Shown here piece by piece: positions 1 to 9,347 of a DNA stretch of 64,000 nucleotides; position 1 is the first letter of the stretch; each line of letters opens with the position of its first letter. The notes beneath the pieces are model-generated. The model was not told the DNA's origin and ran no database searches. It saw only the letters and a list, made by a program, of their open reading frames with translations. The DNA is taken from positions 71,709-135,708 of the forward strand of contig JBFWWU010000008.1 in the NCBI GenBank assembly GCA_050246015.1, written 5' to 3'. The DNA is from Phycisphaerales bacterium (GTDB lineage: Bacteria > Planctomycetota > Phycisphaerae > Phycisphaerales > UBA1924). Made by a program: the position numbers and the translations under genes.

Positions 1-422
1 ATGTTGACGACCGTGCTGCGGGAGACCTTCACGCCCAGCTTCTTGAGCTCGCCCAGGATGCGGGTGTAGCCCCAGCCAGTTTCCTTGGCCAGCTTCAGGA
101 CAAGCCGCCGGATCTGCTCGGGCGTCCGGGGCCGCCCCGGCTTGCGGCCCTTCTGCTTCTTGGGGCGGCGCTTGTCGGAGGCATGGATCCACCGCAGGAT
201 GGTCCGGGGGCTGACGATCGAGACCAAGGCCTTGATGGCCGCCCCGAGTGGTTTGGCCAGCCGGACCAGCCGCGCGCGCTCCTCGGGCGTGACCCGGACG
301 GGCCCTTCGATCTTCGAGCGGAGGACTTCGTTCTCGGCTTTCAGGTACTGGATCTGGCGGCGCAGGTCGGCTTGGGTGGACCCGGCCAGGACATCAAGCA
401 GGCGGCGGAAGAGATTCGGCAT
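1..422 (-). CDS. IS-family (rve/DDE-type) transposase, N-terminal HTH region, partial (continues beyond window start)
   Basis: Reverse-strand translation from ATG at 422: MPNLFRRLLDVLAGSTQADLRRQIQYLKAENEVLRSKIEGPVRVTPEERARLVRLAKPLG...PKKQKGRKPGRPRTPEQIRRLVLKLAKETGWGYTRILGELKKLGVKVSRSTVVNI. The leucine-zipper/HTH segment and the GWGYxRIxGEL-KLG-xVSRSTV motif are typical of IS3/IS481-type transposase N-termini. There is no stop codon before the window edge. Confidence 0.6.
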   Translation of the reverse strand, partial: MPNLFRRLLDVLAGSTQADLRRQIQYLKAENEVLRSKIEGPVRVTPEERARLVRLAKPLGAAIKALVSIVSPRTILRWIHASDKRRPKKQKGRKPGRPRTPEQIRRLVLKLAKETGWGYTRILGELKKLGVKVSRSTVVN

Positions 423-1269
423 CGCTCCAATCGTCGGGGCTCCGGGGTGGTGGTAGGGGGAGGCTGCAAAAACGTGCGACTTTGAGACTCAGCCGCGCCC
501 ACCCGGCGATTCTGGCCCGCCCGACACCCCGATCCTGTCTCAACAGATCCTCGGCGTGAGACTCCTTGGCTTGGCCGCAGCCGGCGGGGCGGCGGCAGAG
601 AATGGCCGTCGCCCATATCGTCCAGGCAAGACCGTGCGGAGGACACCCCGCAACGCCACATGGCCGGTCTGGAGTATTTGCACCCCGCTGGCGGACCCAA
701 TAACGCGGTTTCCGCCTACCTCCCGTTGACAACCCGTGCCGATCGCACACCCATCGGGCCACCCCGAGATTGGTCCGCCAACCCTCCGAAACGGTCTTGT
801 ACAGGGAGGGTCGGGGCCGACGGTCGAGAACCGCCAGAGAATCCGGCGGAAAGGCCCCCAGATAGAGGTATTCCGACACGTCCGCCCGGGCAGCCTCTCT
901 GTTAACCGCCGATGGCGGCCCGTTTTGACCCACCGCCAGGAGAGAATCCGGTTGGAACGGTTGTGGATACGGAGGGTGCCGGGGGAACCGCCCCGCACAG
1001 GTTCCCCGGCATCAGCGAACCGTCACTGAACGTACCAGCCGCGCCCCCCCCCTCCCCGCTCACGAGGTCCAGCGATGAGCCGGGGCCGGTTTCGTCTTTG
1101 GCCCCAACGGGGCCGAGGGGTGTCGCCACGGGTGGAGCGACGCGGCTCATCGTGTGTGCACGGGATCGGCAGATGCCGCGGCACCCGGCTGAGTCGCCGC
1201 GTGCTTGCGGGCTCCGGCGAAACCCGCCGACCGCACGTCGTTCAGAACGCAGTAGCAATCTTCGTCTAT

Positions 1270-1557
1270 CGCGGCTGCTGTCCGCAAGAGCGAGTTTGAT
1301 CGCTTCCGCGGGACATGCACGTAGAGGATCGTCAGCTCGCTCCCATGGTCGAATCGCCGAGAGGAGCCTGTCCTGGTAATCAGCCTCTCCTCGCGACGTG
1401 AATCTCTGATAGAGCGCCGCGCTGAGAACGGGCGCGGGGACCGCCTCGTCGATGGCGGCCTTGATGGTCCAGCGCCCCTTACCGGAATCTGAAACGTGGC
1501 CAGTGAATGCCTTGAGTTCCGTGTCCTCCGCCAGAGAGGTTGCGGTGCGGTCGAGGA
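1270..1557 (-). pseudogene. C-terminal remnant of a 6-phosphogluconate dehydrogenase-like (Gnd-like/YqeC) gene, truncated by an in-frame stop at 1559-1561
   Basis: Minus-strand frame translates to ...KAFTGHVSDSGKGRWTIKAAIDEAVPAPVLSAALYQRFTSRGEADYQDRLLSA... This matches the conserved GHV(S/A)DSGEGRWT / VPAPVI(S/T)A(S/A)L(F/Y)(A/Q)RF(x)SR block of short-form 6PGDH-like proteins. There is no start and no N-terminal two-thirds. A stop lies immediately upstream. Confidence 0.4.
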
Positions 1558-1674
1558 GTCAGGACGAGATGACGCTCCCGCGGCGCAAACGCGGGCTGCC
1601 GTTCTCCCCCGTCGCCTGCTTCCCCTGACTGATTCGATCATTGAACGATCCTGCCATCACGCCTTCCCCCCCAC

Positions 1675-2505
1675 TCACACATCCGAATCGGCCGTGCGCC
1701 ACCCCGCCACGCGTATCGTCGCCAGCACCAACAGCGAGAGCCCGATCAGCACCGTCGAGAGGACCAGCGCCCGATCCAGCCCGTTCTCGAAGCCCAGGTA
1801 CACCGCCAGCGGCATCGTCTGCGTCAGCCCCGGCAGGTTCCCCGCGAAGATGATCGTCGCGCCGAACTCTCCGATCGCTCGGCTCCAGCACATCGCCGCC
1901 CCCGCGCCCAGTGACCGACTCGCCAGCGGGATCAGCACGCGATACAGCATCCGCCAGCCCGACGCCCCGTCGATGATCGCCGCCTCACGCAGGTCCGTCC
2001 CCACCGACGCAAACCCCGCTCGCGCCGATCGAACGTAATACGGCGACGCCACAAACACCTGCGCCAGCACTACCGCAGCCGGCGTGAACGCCACCTCGAT
2101 CCCCGCCCCATGCAGCCACGCGCCGATCGGCCCGTTGCGACCCAGCGTCAGTAGCAGCGCCACACCAGCCACCGACGGCGGCAGTACCGTCGGAAGGTCC
2201 ACCAGTGTCTCCACGATGCCCGCTGCCCGCGACCGCGAGCGCGACAGCCAGTACGCCAGCGGCGTGCCGAACACGATCGTCGCCCCCAGCGCCATCGTGC
2301 TGCTCACTACACTCAGCACAATCGCACTCCGCGTCTCGCGGTTGTCAAGTTCGCCAAGCACCATCGCGGGCGTCGAGCGCGACACCAGCACCATCACCGG
2401 CACGGCCAAGAAAAGCAAGAGCGGCAGCGCCAGCACCGCCGGAAGGCCAACCCGCTTCCACCCAGCCGCGGCGCCAGCGTGCCGAGCACCGCTTCCGGGC
2501 CCGCT
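1675..2505 (-). CDS. modB: molybdate ABC transporter permease ModB
   Basis: Translation contains multiple TM segments and the ABC permease EAA-like region (REAAIIDGASGWRMLYRVLIPLA). It sits immediately downstream of modA. The N-terminal start is uncertain: the ORF overlaps the modA stop, so a GTG/TTG start near 2505 is likely. Confidence 0.7.
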   Translation of the reverse strand, partial: SGPGSGARHAGAAAGWKRVGLPAVLALPLLLFLAVPVMVLVSRSTPAMVLGELDNRETRSAIVLSVVSSTMALGATIVFGTPLAYWLSRSRSRAAGIVETLVDLPTVLPPSVAGVALLLTLGRNGPIGAWLHGAGIEVAFTPAAVVLAQVFVASPYYVRSARAGFASVGTDLREAAIIDGASGWRMLYRVLIPLASRSLGAGAAMCWSRAIGEFGATIIFAGNLPGLTQTMPLAVYLGFENGLDRALVLSTVLIGLSLLVLATIRVAGWRTADSDV

Positions 2506-3347
2506 CACGGCGAGCCCTCGGTCGGCGACATAAATCCCCGCGTCTCCAATATCCCCGCCCCTTCTCCCGAACACACAAACTCCACGAACCTCGCCGCCGG
2601 CTTCGCGGCTGAACTCCGAGCGGTTACCGCGATCAGGTACTCCGCTCGCTGCTCAAACTCCGCCGGCAGTTCAATCACCGTCAACTTCGCGCCGTTACCC
2701 CCCGCCGCATCACTGGCGTACGCGATCCCCGCGTCCGCCTCGTTGAGCGCCACCTTCGCAACCACCGCGGCCACGTTCTCCTCGCGCGACACGATGTTCG
2801 CCTCCACCTGCTTCACAAACCCCGGGCCCACCGACCTCGATTCACCCGCTTGTTCCAGCATCCGCCGCGTGTAGTTTCCCACCGGCACGGCCTTGTCCGC
2901 CACGACGACCTTCAGTCCAGGACGAGCCAGGTCCGCCAAGTCCCTGATCCCCGCGCGGTTCTCCCTTGGCACTATCAGCGCCAGCCGATTGTGGGCAAAG
3001 ACCTGCATCGTCGTCGAATCCACGACGTTGGACGCCGCCGCCAGGTCCATCTGCTTGCGATCCGCGGAAGCAAACACATCCCCCGGTCCGCCGTTCTCGA
3101 GTTGCGTCCGAAGCTGGTTCGACCCGCCGAAACTGAATACGACTCTCACGCCGGGATTCCTTGCCTCAAACGCCCGTCCGACCCCTCCGAACGCGTCTGC
3201 CAGCGACGCCGCGGCACAGACGTGCAGCGTCGCCGCGGACCCCCCTGACCTCCCTTCACATCCGCCGATACCGACCAGTGCAAGCACCAGCATGACGAAG
3301 AAACGTCGCCCCGCGGGGCCTGCTCGGAAGGTGCGTTGGCAGGTCAT
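2505..3347 (-). CDS. modA: molybdate ABC transporter substrate-binding protein ModA (lipoprotein)
   Basis: Translation MTCQRTFRAGPAGRRFFVMLVLALVGIGGC... carries a lipoprotein signal, then a ModA-like fold (HVCAAASLADAF..., VFASADRKQMD, GIAYASDA). The six-frame ORF 2505..4574 is an over-extension; the start was chosen at the M at 3347 (alternative 3293). Confidence 0.75.
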   Translation of the reverse strand: MTCQRTFRAGPAGRRFFVMLVLALVGIGGCEGRSGGSAATLHVCAAASLADAFGGVGRAFEARNPGVRVVFSFGGSNQLRTQLENGGPGDVFASADRKQMDLAAASNVVDSTTMQVFAHNRLALIVPRENRAGIRDLADLARPGLKVVVADKAVPVGNYTRRMLEQAGESRSVGPGFVKQVEANIVSREENVAAVVAKVALNEADAGIAYASDAAGGNGAKLTVIELPAEFEQRAEYLIAVTARSSAAKPAARFVEFVCSGEGAGILETRGFMSPTEGSP

Positions 3348-3437
3348 CGGGATAGCATATTCGCTCCACTTCGCGCACGTACGATCGGACTCGCGCCCGC
3401 CCTCCACGCCGTCTCGCCTGTGACCGGAGTCCCGATC

Positions 3438-4019
3438 ATGATCGACCGCCCGCGCTGCGATTGGGCCCGCACCGATCTCTCCATTGCATACCACGACACC
3501 GAATGGGGCGTGCCCGTGCATGACGACACCACGCTCTTCGAGTTTCTCATCCTTGAAGGCGCCCAGGCCGGCCTCAGTTGGGAGACCATCCTCGCTAAAC
3601 GCCACTACTACCGCGCCGCCTTCCTCGGCTTCGACCCCGCCGCCATCGCCCGCTTCTCCACTCGCAAGATCGAATCGCTGCTCAAGAACCCCGGAATCGT
3701 CCGGAACCGCCTCAAAGTGCAATCCGCCGTCGTCAACGCCCGGGCGTTCCTGGATGTTCAGAGCCAGTTCGGCACCTTCGACGCGTACATCTGGCGCTTC
3801 GTCAGCGACGGCTCTCGCGCCCCGCGCGTCAACCGCTGGACGTCCTGCCGCGACGTCCCCGCACGCACCCCGGAGTCCGACGCCTTGTCGAACGACCTCA
3901 AGAAACGCGGTTTCAAGTTCGTCGGCTCCACGATCTGCTACGCCTTCATGCAGGCCGTCGGCCTCGTCGATGATCACCTCACCACCTGCTATAGGTCCCG
4001 GCCTTCTCCGGAGCGATGA
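3438..4019 (+). CDS. tag: DNA-3-methyladenine glycosylase I
   Basis: MIDRPRCDWARTDLSIAYHDTEWGVPVHDDTTLFEFLILEGAQAGLSWETILAKR... shows the classic Tag signature (CxW, YHDxEWG, FE-L-LEG-QAGLSW). Confidence 0.8.
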   Translation: MIDRPRCDWARTDLSIAYHDTEWGVPVHDDTTLFEFLILEGAQAGLSWETILAKRHYYRAAFLGFDPAAIARFSTRKIESLLKNPGIVRNRLKVQSAVVNARAFLDVQSQFGTFDAYIWRFVSDGSRAPRVNRWTSCRDVPARTPESDALSNDLKKRGFKFVGSTICYAFMQAVGLVDDHLTTCYRSRPSPER

Positions 4020-4107
4020 CCGCGCCGTCAACATCATGTCCCGCGGCATCAATCTCGTCGCCCCACTGGTGCATCCTCCCGCTTGCGGCGCCCCCGCGAC
4101 CCCGACG

Positions 4108-5034
4108 TCACTCCGAAAAAATCCCGCGCACGTCTGCCGATCGCACCCAGCACGCCGCATCTGAGTTTGCCGCCTCAATGCAGGTCCACTCTCCACGCCG
4201 CAGCACAACCCGAACTTCGCTCGCCGGCTTGAGCGGCTCGGACCCGGCGAGCGACCCCACCGACTCCGACGGTTCCGAGTACGCCGCCGTCGCCTTGACC
4301 ACGACCGCGGCGTGATCGCGCCGCAGCAGCCACTCGGTCGGTAAAAGGCTCCCGGCGCCCAGCACCGACACCGCCAGGCACGCGATCCCGATCGCTCGCG
4401 GTGGACACAGCCGCCTCCTCCCGCCCGAAACCCCGCTGCCCAGCGCTCGCCAGGCCAGCACGACCCACCCCAGCGTCCACCCCCCCACCATCCCCCACAC
4501 CCGCGCCGCCCGCGGAACAACCTCCAGATACGACGCCACGACTTCGAGCCTCCGCCGCGACGGCGACGCTTCATTCCCCGCCGCCTTCATCGCCCGTTCC
4601 ATCCCCTCCCGCAGGCCCTCATCAAATGGACTGCGAAACGAGGCTCGCCGGAAATACAGATACGCCCGCCCCGCGTCTTCCGCGTACCAATACGAGTACG
4701 CCGCCGCGCGCAGCAAGCCGAGATCCGCCAGCACCGCGTTCCCGCCGGTTCCTCCCGTTGCTTCCCGCCCTTCCGCTTCACCCTCTCCTTCGTTCCCGCC
4801 CGCCAGCGAATCAAACAGCACCGCGGCGTGCGCAAACACCTCCTTCGCGGCTGGATCTGATTCCCGCTTCAGTTTCACCGCCTCTTCATACAACGACGCC
4901 GCCCTGGCTTCGACCTCGTCCTCGCGCTGATCGCTCCCGGCCGATGCCCAACTCCCGCTCGCGCCGGCGCTCGCCCAGGCCACGAGCGACATGACGCCCG
5001 CGATCGCTCCGGCGAGTCCCCGAGGTGTCTTCAT
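4108..5034 (-). CDS. batE: BatE-like protein (signal peptide, TPR-like region, C-terminal SH3b-like)
   Basis: Start MKTPRGLAGAIAGVMSLVAWA (signal peptide). It is the last gene of the moxR-DUF58-batABCD cluster. The C-terminus VVLRRGEWTCIEAANSDAACWVRSADV is SH3b-like. Confidence 0.5.
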   Translation of the reverse strand: MKTPRGLAGAIAGVMSLVAWASAGASGSWASAGSDQREDEVEARAASLYEEAVKLKRESDPAAKEVFAHAAVLFDSLAGGNEGEGEAEGREATGGTGGNAVLADLGLLRAAAYSYWYAEDAGRAYLYFRRASFRSPFDEGLREGMERAMKAAGNEASPSRRRLEVVASYLEVVPRAARVWGMVGGWTLGWVVLAWRALGSGVSGGRRRLCPPRAIGIACLAVSVLGAGSLLPTEWLLRRDHAAVVVKATAAYSEPSESVGSLAGSEPLKPASEVRVVLRRGEWTCIEAANSDAACWVRSADVRGIFSE

Positions 5035-5045
5035 GTGATCGCACT

Positions 5046-6980
5046 TCACGTGGCAACCTCCACGTTCGATCCCTTCCCCAGTTCGCACTCCTTCGCCGCC
5101 AATAACAGTCCGCGGCCTTCGGTCACCATGTCACCCCGCTCCACAGTACCGCGGCCTGGCGCCTTGCCCGCCCCTGCCGCCCCCACCACTTCACCGCTCG
5201 CGAACATCGCCCGATCGCATGCCCAGAGCAACCCCTGCGCTCGCTCTCCAACCTCCGGCGACCGCGCCGCGAACACCCGCAGCGCATCCCCGGACGTCAT
5301 CCCGTCTTCCGCCACGTTGAGACAATCGGCCGCATATCCACGGATCGCGGCGGACACCTCCGCCTCGACGCGCCCGCTCCGCTCCGCTCGCCGCAATCGG
5401 CCCATCGCCCGCCGATACGCTCGCCGCCGACGAACACCCCCAGGGTCCCGCGCACGCCGCCGACGCACCGCCCCGGCGAGCAGCGCCACCCCGTACGCGC
5501 CCAGCGGCCCTACCGCAACCGCCGCTCCCATCCGCGTCGTCAGCGCCTGCGACAACGATATCGATGCCATCCCCCTTCGCGCCACGCCAACCTCAATCCC
5601 CGGCGGTGTCTCAAGATCCGACGCTCTAGCCCCCTGCCCGCCCGAATCCGTCGCACTCGGCGCCGGACCCGCCCCGGCAGGCAAGTCCTCCAGCGTCACC
5701 TCGTTGGTTTGCCGCACCAGCAGCGGGATCGGCTTGCTCCGCGCCACCGCGTATTCCCCACGCGCTACATCGAAGTACGGTATCTCGATCGGGGGCACTT
5801 CCTTCACCCCGCCCCTGTTCGCTCGTAACTCGATCGAGAAGATCGCCGCCGTCGGCAGTACATTCGGCAGCGACGGCTCGCTCGGCACCTTGAACGCACC
5901 GGCGAATCCCGACTGACGCGACAGGTCAAGCGCCGGCACCCGGTCCAGCGGCTCGGGCCCGCCCACACGCACCGACAGCGTGAACGGGTCCCCCACGTTG
6001 AGAACCGTCGGCGTGGCCGCCACATCGATCGTGAAGTTCCCCACCAGTCCGCTGAAGTTCCCCGGCGCCGGTTGCGGCAACGCCTTGGCCGTGATCCTTA
6101 CTACGTCCGACGCGACCTGCCGCCGCTCATAGGTATTCAGATCGTCAAACGGCGAATCGAAAAACCCCGGGCGACGCTTCCCCGTCGCCACCTGGAACAC
6201 CACCCGCGCCGGCCCTAGCGCCACCTGCCCCGCCTCCCGCGGGATCACGATCCGCTTCACCGTCAATGTCGTTCGCGATTCGCCGTCGAGTTTTCCCGCC
6301 CCCACCACCCCCACCGCCTGCTCCCCATTCACCGTCAACTGCACCAACCGCTCCCCGGGGCTCGCCCGGGCCGACGACGGTTGCCACGCAGAAGGCGTCA
6401 GCACGTCAACCGAGGCGTCCACCGGCAGCGACACCGTCGGCGCATGTGAGTCCGAGTCCAGGTACCAGGTCAGCGTCACCATGATCGGCTCGCCTACGTA
6501 CGCCGCCGACTTCTCCGCCGTGATGACCAGCCGCGACCCGCTCGCCACCGGCGGCTCCGACGCCGTGATCCGCACCGGCTCCGTCGTATATCCAACCCCA
6601 TCCACCATCACCGTCACCGCCGGCAACATGATCTCCCCCGTGCGAAGCGGCGTCAGTTGATACTGGAATCGATACGACCGGCTCGATCGGTCCTCGCGCC
6701 GCCCGTTGATGATCACGATCGACGTCTGCGACGTGTCCCCCTCACCCGCGAACGACAACTCGTAATCGCTCGACGCCGGGATCGTCGGCGCCTCAGCATG
6801 GTTTGAGTTCTGAACGTCGATGACGAGCGTGATCGGCTCGCCCACGTACGCGCTCGCCTGATCCACCCTCGCTCGCACCTCGATCGGGCCCCCCGGCTGC
6901 GCACTCGCCCGCTCAGGCTCGGCCAGCCCCAATGCCAGGATCAGCAGCATCAGCACCATCGGTCCCCTCAGCATCTTCAC
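5046..6980 (-). CDS. batD: BatD-like oxygen-tolerance protein
   Basis: 644 aa with an N-terminal signal peptide (MKMLRGPMVLMLLILALGLA) and a repeated beta-rich body. Position between batC and batE. There is a 4-bp start/stop overlap with batC. Confidence 0.6.
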   Translation of the reverse strand: MKMLRGPMVLMLLILALGLAEPERASAQPGGPIEVRARVDQASAYVGEPITLVIDVQNSNHAEAPTIPASSDYELSFAGEGDTSQTSIVIINGRREDRSSRSYRFQYQLTPLRTGEIMLPAVTVMVDGVGYTTEPVRITASEPPVASGSRLVITAEKSAAYVGEPIMVTLTWYLDSDSHAPTVSLPVDASVDVLTPSAWQPSSARASPGERLVQLTVNGEQAVGVVGAGKLDGESRTTLTVKRIVIPREAGQVALGPARVVFQVATGKRRPGFFDSPFDDLNTYERRQVASDVVRITAKALPQPAPGNFSGLVGNFTIDVAATPTVLNVGDPFTLSVRVGGPEPLDRVPALDLSRQSGFAGAFKVPSEPSLPNVLPTAAIFSIELRANRGGVKEVPPIEIPYFDVARGEYAVARSKPIPLLVRQTNEVTLEDLPAGAGPAPSATDSGGQGARASDLETPPGIEVGVARRGMASISLSQALTTRMGAAVAVGPLGAYGVALLAGAVRRRRARDPGGVRRRRAYRRAMGRLRRAERSGRVEAEVSAAIRGYAADCLNVAEDGMTSGDALRVFAARSPEVGERAQGLLWACDRAMFASGEVVGAAGAGKAPGRGTVERGDMVTEGRGLLLAAKECELGKGSNVEVAT

Positions 6981-8338
6981 CAGTCCTTTCCATTCGCCGC
7001 CGGCTTGCCCGATCGCATCCGCAGCAGCCGCATCAGCCGCTGTTTCGCCTCCCGCCGCTCCTTTTCCAGGATCCGCGCCGCGTCCATATCCACCGCGACC
7101 GCTTCCCTCGCTTCCGGCTCGTTCGGCTGCGCCCCCGCCGGGCTCCCGATCCCCGCCGCCTCCGCGAGTTCCTCCGACGCCCGCCGTTGCTGCTCCGCGG
7201 CGTCGCTCGCCTTTCCATCCGCCAACGCCTCCGACGCTCGCTCCTGCGCCCGGCGCGCTCGTTCGCCCGCATCCTCCTTGGCCTGCTCCTCCGGCCCGGC
7301 CTGCGGCGCCTCTTCCGATTGCCCCTTCCCCGTCCCCTGCTCCCGCTTCATCTTGTCCAGCGCGTCCTGTGTCTGCTTCGACAACTCCTCTTGACGCTTC
7401 TGGATGTCCTTGGCTCGTTGCTCAAATTCCTTCGGCTTCTCTTCGCCTGCCTTCTTCTGATCTTCCCCGAGCCTCTCACTCTGCTTCGCAATCTCGTTCT
7501 GCTTCTTCGCAAGATCCGCGAGCCGCTCCTGCGCCGACGCAGACTCGCTCCCCTGTTGCTTCTGTTCCTCATTCCCCGGCTCATTCTGCTTCCGCGGCTT
7601 CGCACCCTCGTCCTGCTTAGCCTGTTCCTCCGTTCGGTCCTGCTTTTCGCCGCCCTGCTGCTCGGACTCGCTCTTCTGCTGCTGCTCGCCCTGCGCCGGC
7701 TTCGTCGGCGCGGCCCCCGAGTCCTCCCCCTTCTTGGGCCCTTCCCTCGATCCCTCCGCCTGGCTCCGCTCGCTTTTTTCGCCCTGCCCCTTCTGTTGCG
7801 GCTTCTGCTGTTGCGCCTTCTGCTTCTCCAGTTCCGCTTCGATCCTCTGACGCAGACGCTGGATCGCCTCCACGTTCCGCGCCGCCTGTTCATCGGTCGG
7901 CTCCGCCTCCAGCACATCGCGAAACGCCCGCTCCGCCGCTCCCAGCGGCGCCAGCGCCGACTCCGGCGATCGTTCCAGCGCCGACACCGCTCGCCGGTAT
8001 TCCAGCGCCCCAAGGTTGAATCGCGCCGCGTTCGACACATCCCCCGCCGCCGGATCCGCCATCACCTTTCGGAAGCCTGCTTCCGCCGCGGCCAGGTTCC
8101 CAATTTCCACGTTCGCCCGCGCAAGGTTGTACGTCACGCTCGGCGTCGCGTACCCCTTCTCACGGGCCAGTTCATACGCCAGCGCCGCCTCCTGATACTG
8201 CTTCTGCGCAAACAGCGTGTTCCCCCGAACCGCCGCCTCCTTCCCCACGTCCGCCCACGCACACGACGCCAGCGCTGCCCACGCTCCAACCACCGCCCAG
8301 ACCCTCATCCGCACATCCATCTCATTCCGCATTCCCAC
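6977..8338 (-). CDS. batC: BatC-like TPR protein with long K/E/Q-rich low-complexity region
   Basis: Signal peptide, then TPR-like repeats (NLARANVEIGNLAAAEAGFRKV...), then a ~250-aa charged region rich in E, K and Q. Position after batB. The start could instead be the M at 8320. Confidence 0.6.
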   Translation of the reverse strand: MGMRNEMDVRMRVWAVVGAWAALASCAWADVGKEAAVRGNTLFAQKQYQEAALAYELAREKGYATPSVTYNLARANVEIGNLAAAEAGFRKVMADPAAGDVSNAARFNLGALEYRRAVSALERSPESALAPLGAAERAFRDVLEAEPTDEQAARNVEAIQRLRQRIEAELEKQKAQQQKPQQKGQGEKSERSQAEGSREGPKKGEDSGAAPTKPAQGEQQQKSESEQQGGEKQDRTEEQAKQDEGAKPRKQNEPGNEEQKQQGSESASAQERLADLAKKQNEIAKQSERLGEDQKKAGEEKPKEFEQRAKDIQKRQEELSKQTQDALDKMKREQGTGKGQSEEAPQAGPEEQAKEDAGERARRAQERASEALADGKASDAAEQQRRASEELAEAAGIGSPAGAQPNEPEAREAVAVDMDAARILEKERREAKQRLMRLLRMRSGKPAANGKDW

Positions 8339-9347
8339 GGCTCCTCCTTTCCCCGATCAGCGCGTCCACCGCGAGCAGCGCGATCGCCGCGCACAGAGCG
8401 ATCTGGAATAACTCCGTGTACTTCACGCGCTGCGTGGATTCAAGTTCCCGGCGCTCCGCGCGTTCTACCAGCGCCCGGTAGATCTTGTCCATCTGTATCG
8501 TCCCCGTGCCCACGTTCAGGAACACCCCGTTCTTTGACGCCTCGGCGATGTCGCGCAGCGTCCGCGTATCCATCCGCGTCCGCACCTCGCTCCCCTGGTA
8601 TGTCATCACCCGCTCTCCCGCATCCCCCGCGCTGCCTGATTCCACCGGGATCGTCGCGCCCTGCAGATCGCTCCCCAGTCCGATCGCGATGATCCGGATG
8701 CCCCGCTTCCCCGCCGCCTTTGCCGCCTCCACCGGGAGGCTCTCGTGGTCCTCGCCGTCCGTGATCACCACAATGTCGCGGTATCGATCGTCCCCCTCGG
8801 TGAACAGATCATTCATCGCCGTGCGTATCGCGTCACCGATCAGTGTCCCTCCCCTGGCCACCGTCTCCGGTGTGATCGCATCCAGCGACAGCCTCGCGAA
8901 ACTGTAGTCCGTTGTGAGCGGACACCGGATCACCGCCGACCCGGCGAACGCCACGATCGCCACACGATCCCCGCGCGCCGTCTCCAGCATGTCCTTCACC
9001 AGCAGTTTCGCCCGCTCCAGTCGATTCGGCTTCAGGTCCGTCGCCAGCATGCTCCGCGACACGTCCAGCAGCACGGCTACATCACGCCCCGTTCGCTCGA
9101 TCTTCTGCGGCACCGGGTTCGCGCCCGGCCTCGCGAGCGCCACCGCCACCGCTCCAAGCGCCAGCGCCACGCAGCACCCCTTGATCACCCGCTTCAGCGC
9201 GCTGGGCGCCCACGCCGCTCCTGCCGCGCCCGGCCCCACGAACCGCCTCAGCCCCCGCCTCCGCCTCCACCGCGCATACGCGAACATCACCCCCGCCAGC
9301 GGCACCGCCACTAGCGCCACAAGCCACGATGGCTCAATGAACATCAT
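8322..9347 (-). CDS. batB: BatB-like vWA domain membrane protein
   Basis: MMFIEPSWLVALVAVPLAGVMFAY (TM), then a vWA MIDAS motif (VAVLLDVSRSM), C-terminal TMs, and IVVITDGEDH. Translation coupling with batA (ATGA overlap). Confidence 0.7.
   Translation of the reverse strand: MMFIEPSWLVALVAVPLAGVMFAYARWRRRRGLRRFVGPGAAGAAWAPSALKRVIKGCCVALALGAVAVALARPGANPVPQKIERTGRDVAVLLDVSRSMLATDLKPNRLERAKLLVKDMLETARGDRVAIVAFAGSAVIRCPLTTDYSFARLSLDAITPETVARGGTLIGDAIRTAMNDLFTEGDDRYRDIVVITDGEDHESLPVEAAKAAGKRGIRIIAIGLGSDLQGATIPVESGSAGDAGERVMTYQGSEVRTRMDTRTLRDIAEASKNGVFLNVGTGTIQMDKIYRALVERAERRELESTQRVKYTELFQIALCAAIALLAVDALIGERRSRGNAE

Noticed and set aside
2505-4574. 689-aa minus-strand ORF
   Set aside because: Only the C-terminal ~280 aa (modA) has protein-like composition. 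The upstream 400 aa are R/G/W-rich and antisense to tag (3438-4019), a high-GC read-through artefact.
6932-8692. 586-aa plus-strand ORF rich in R/L/P
   Set aside because: Antisense to batC/batB. Extreme Arg/Leu/Pro composition is typical of the reverse frame of GC-rich coding DNA.
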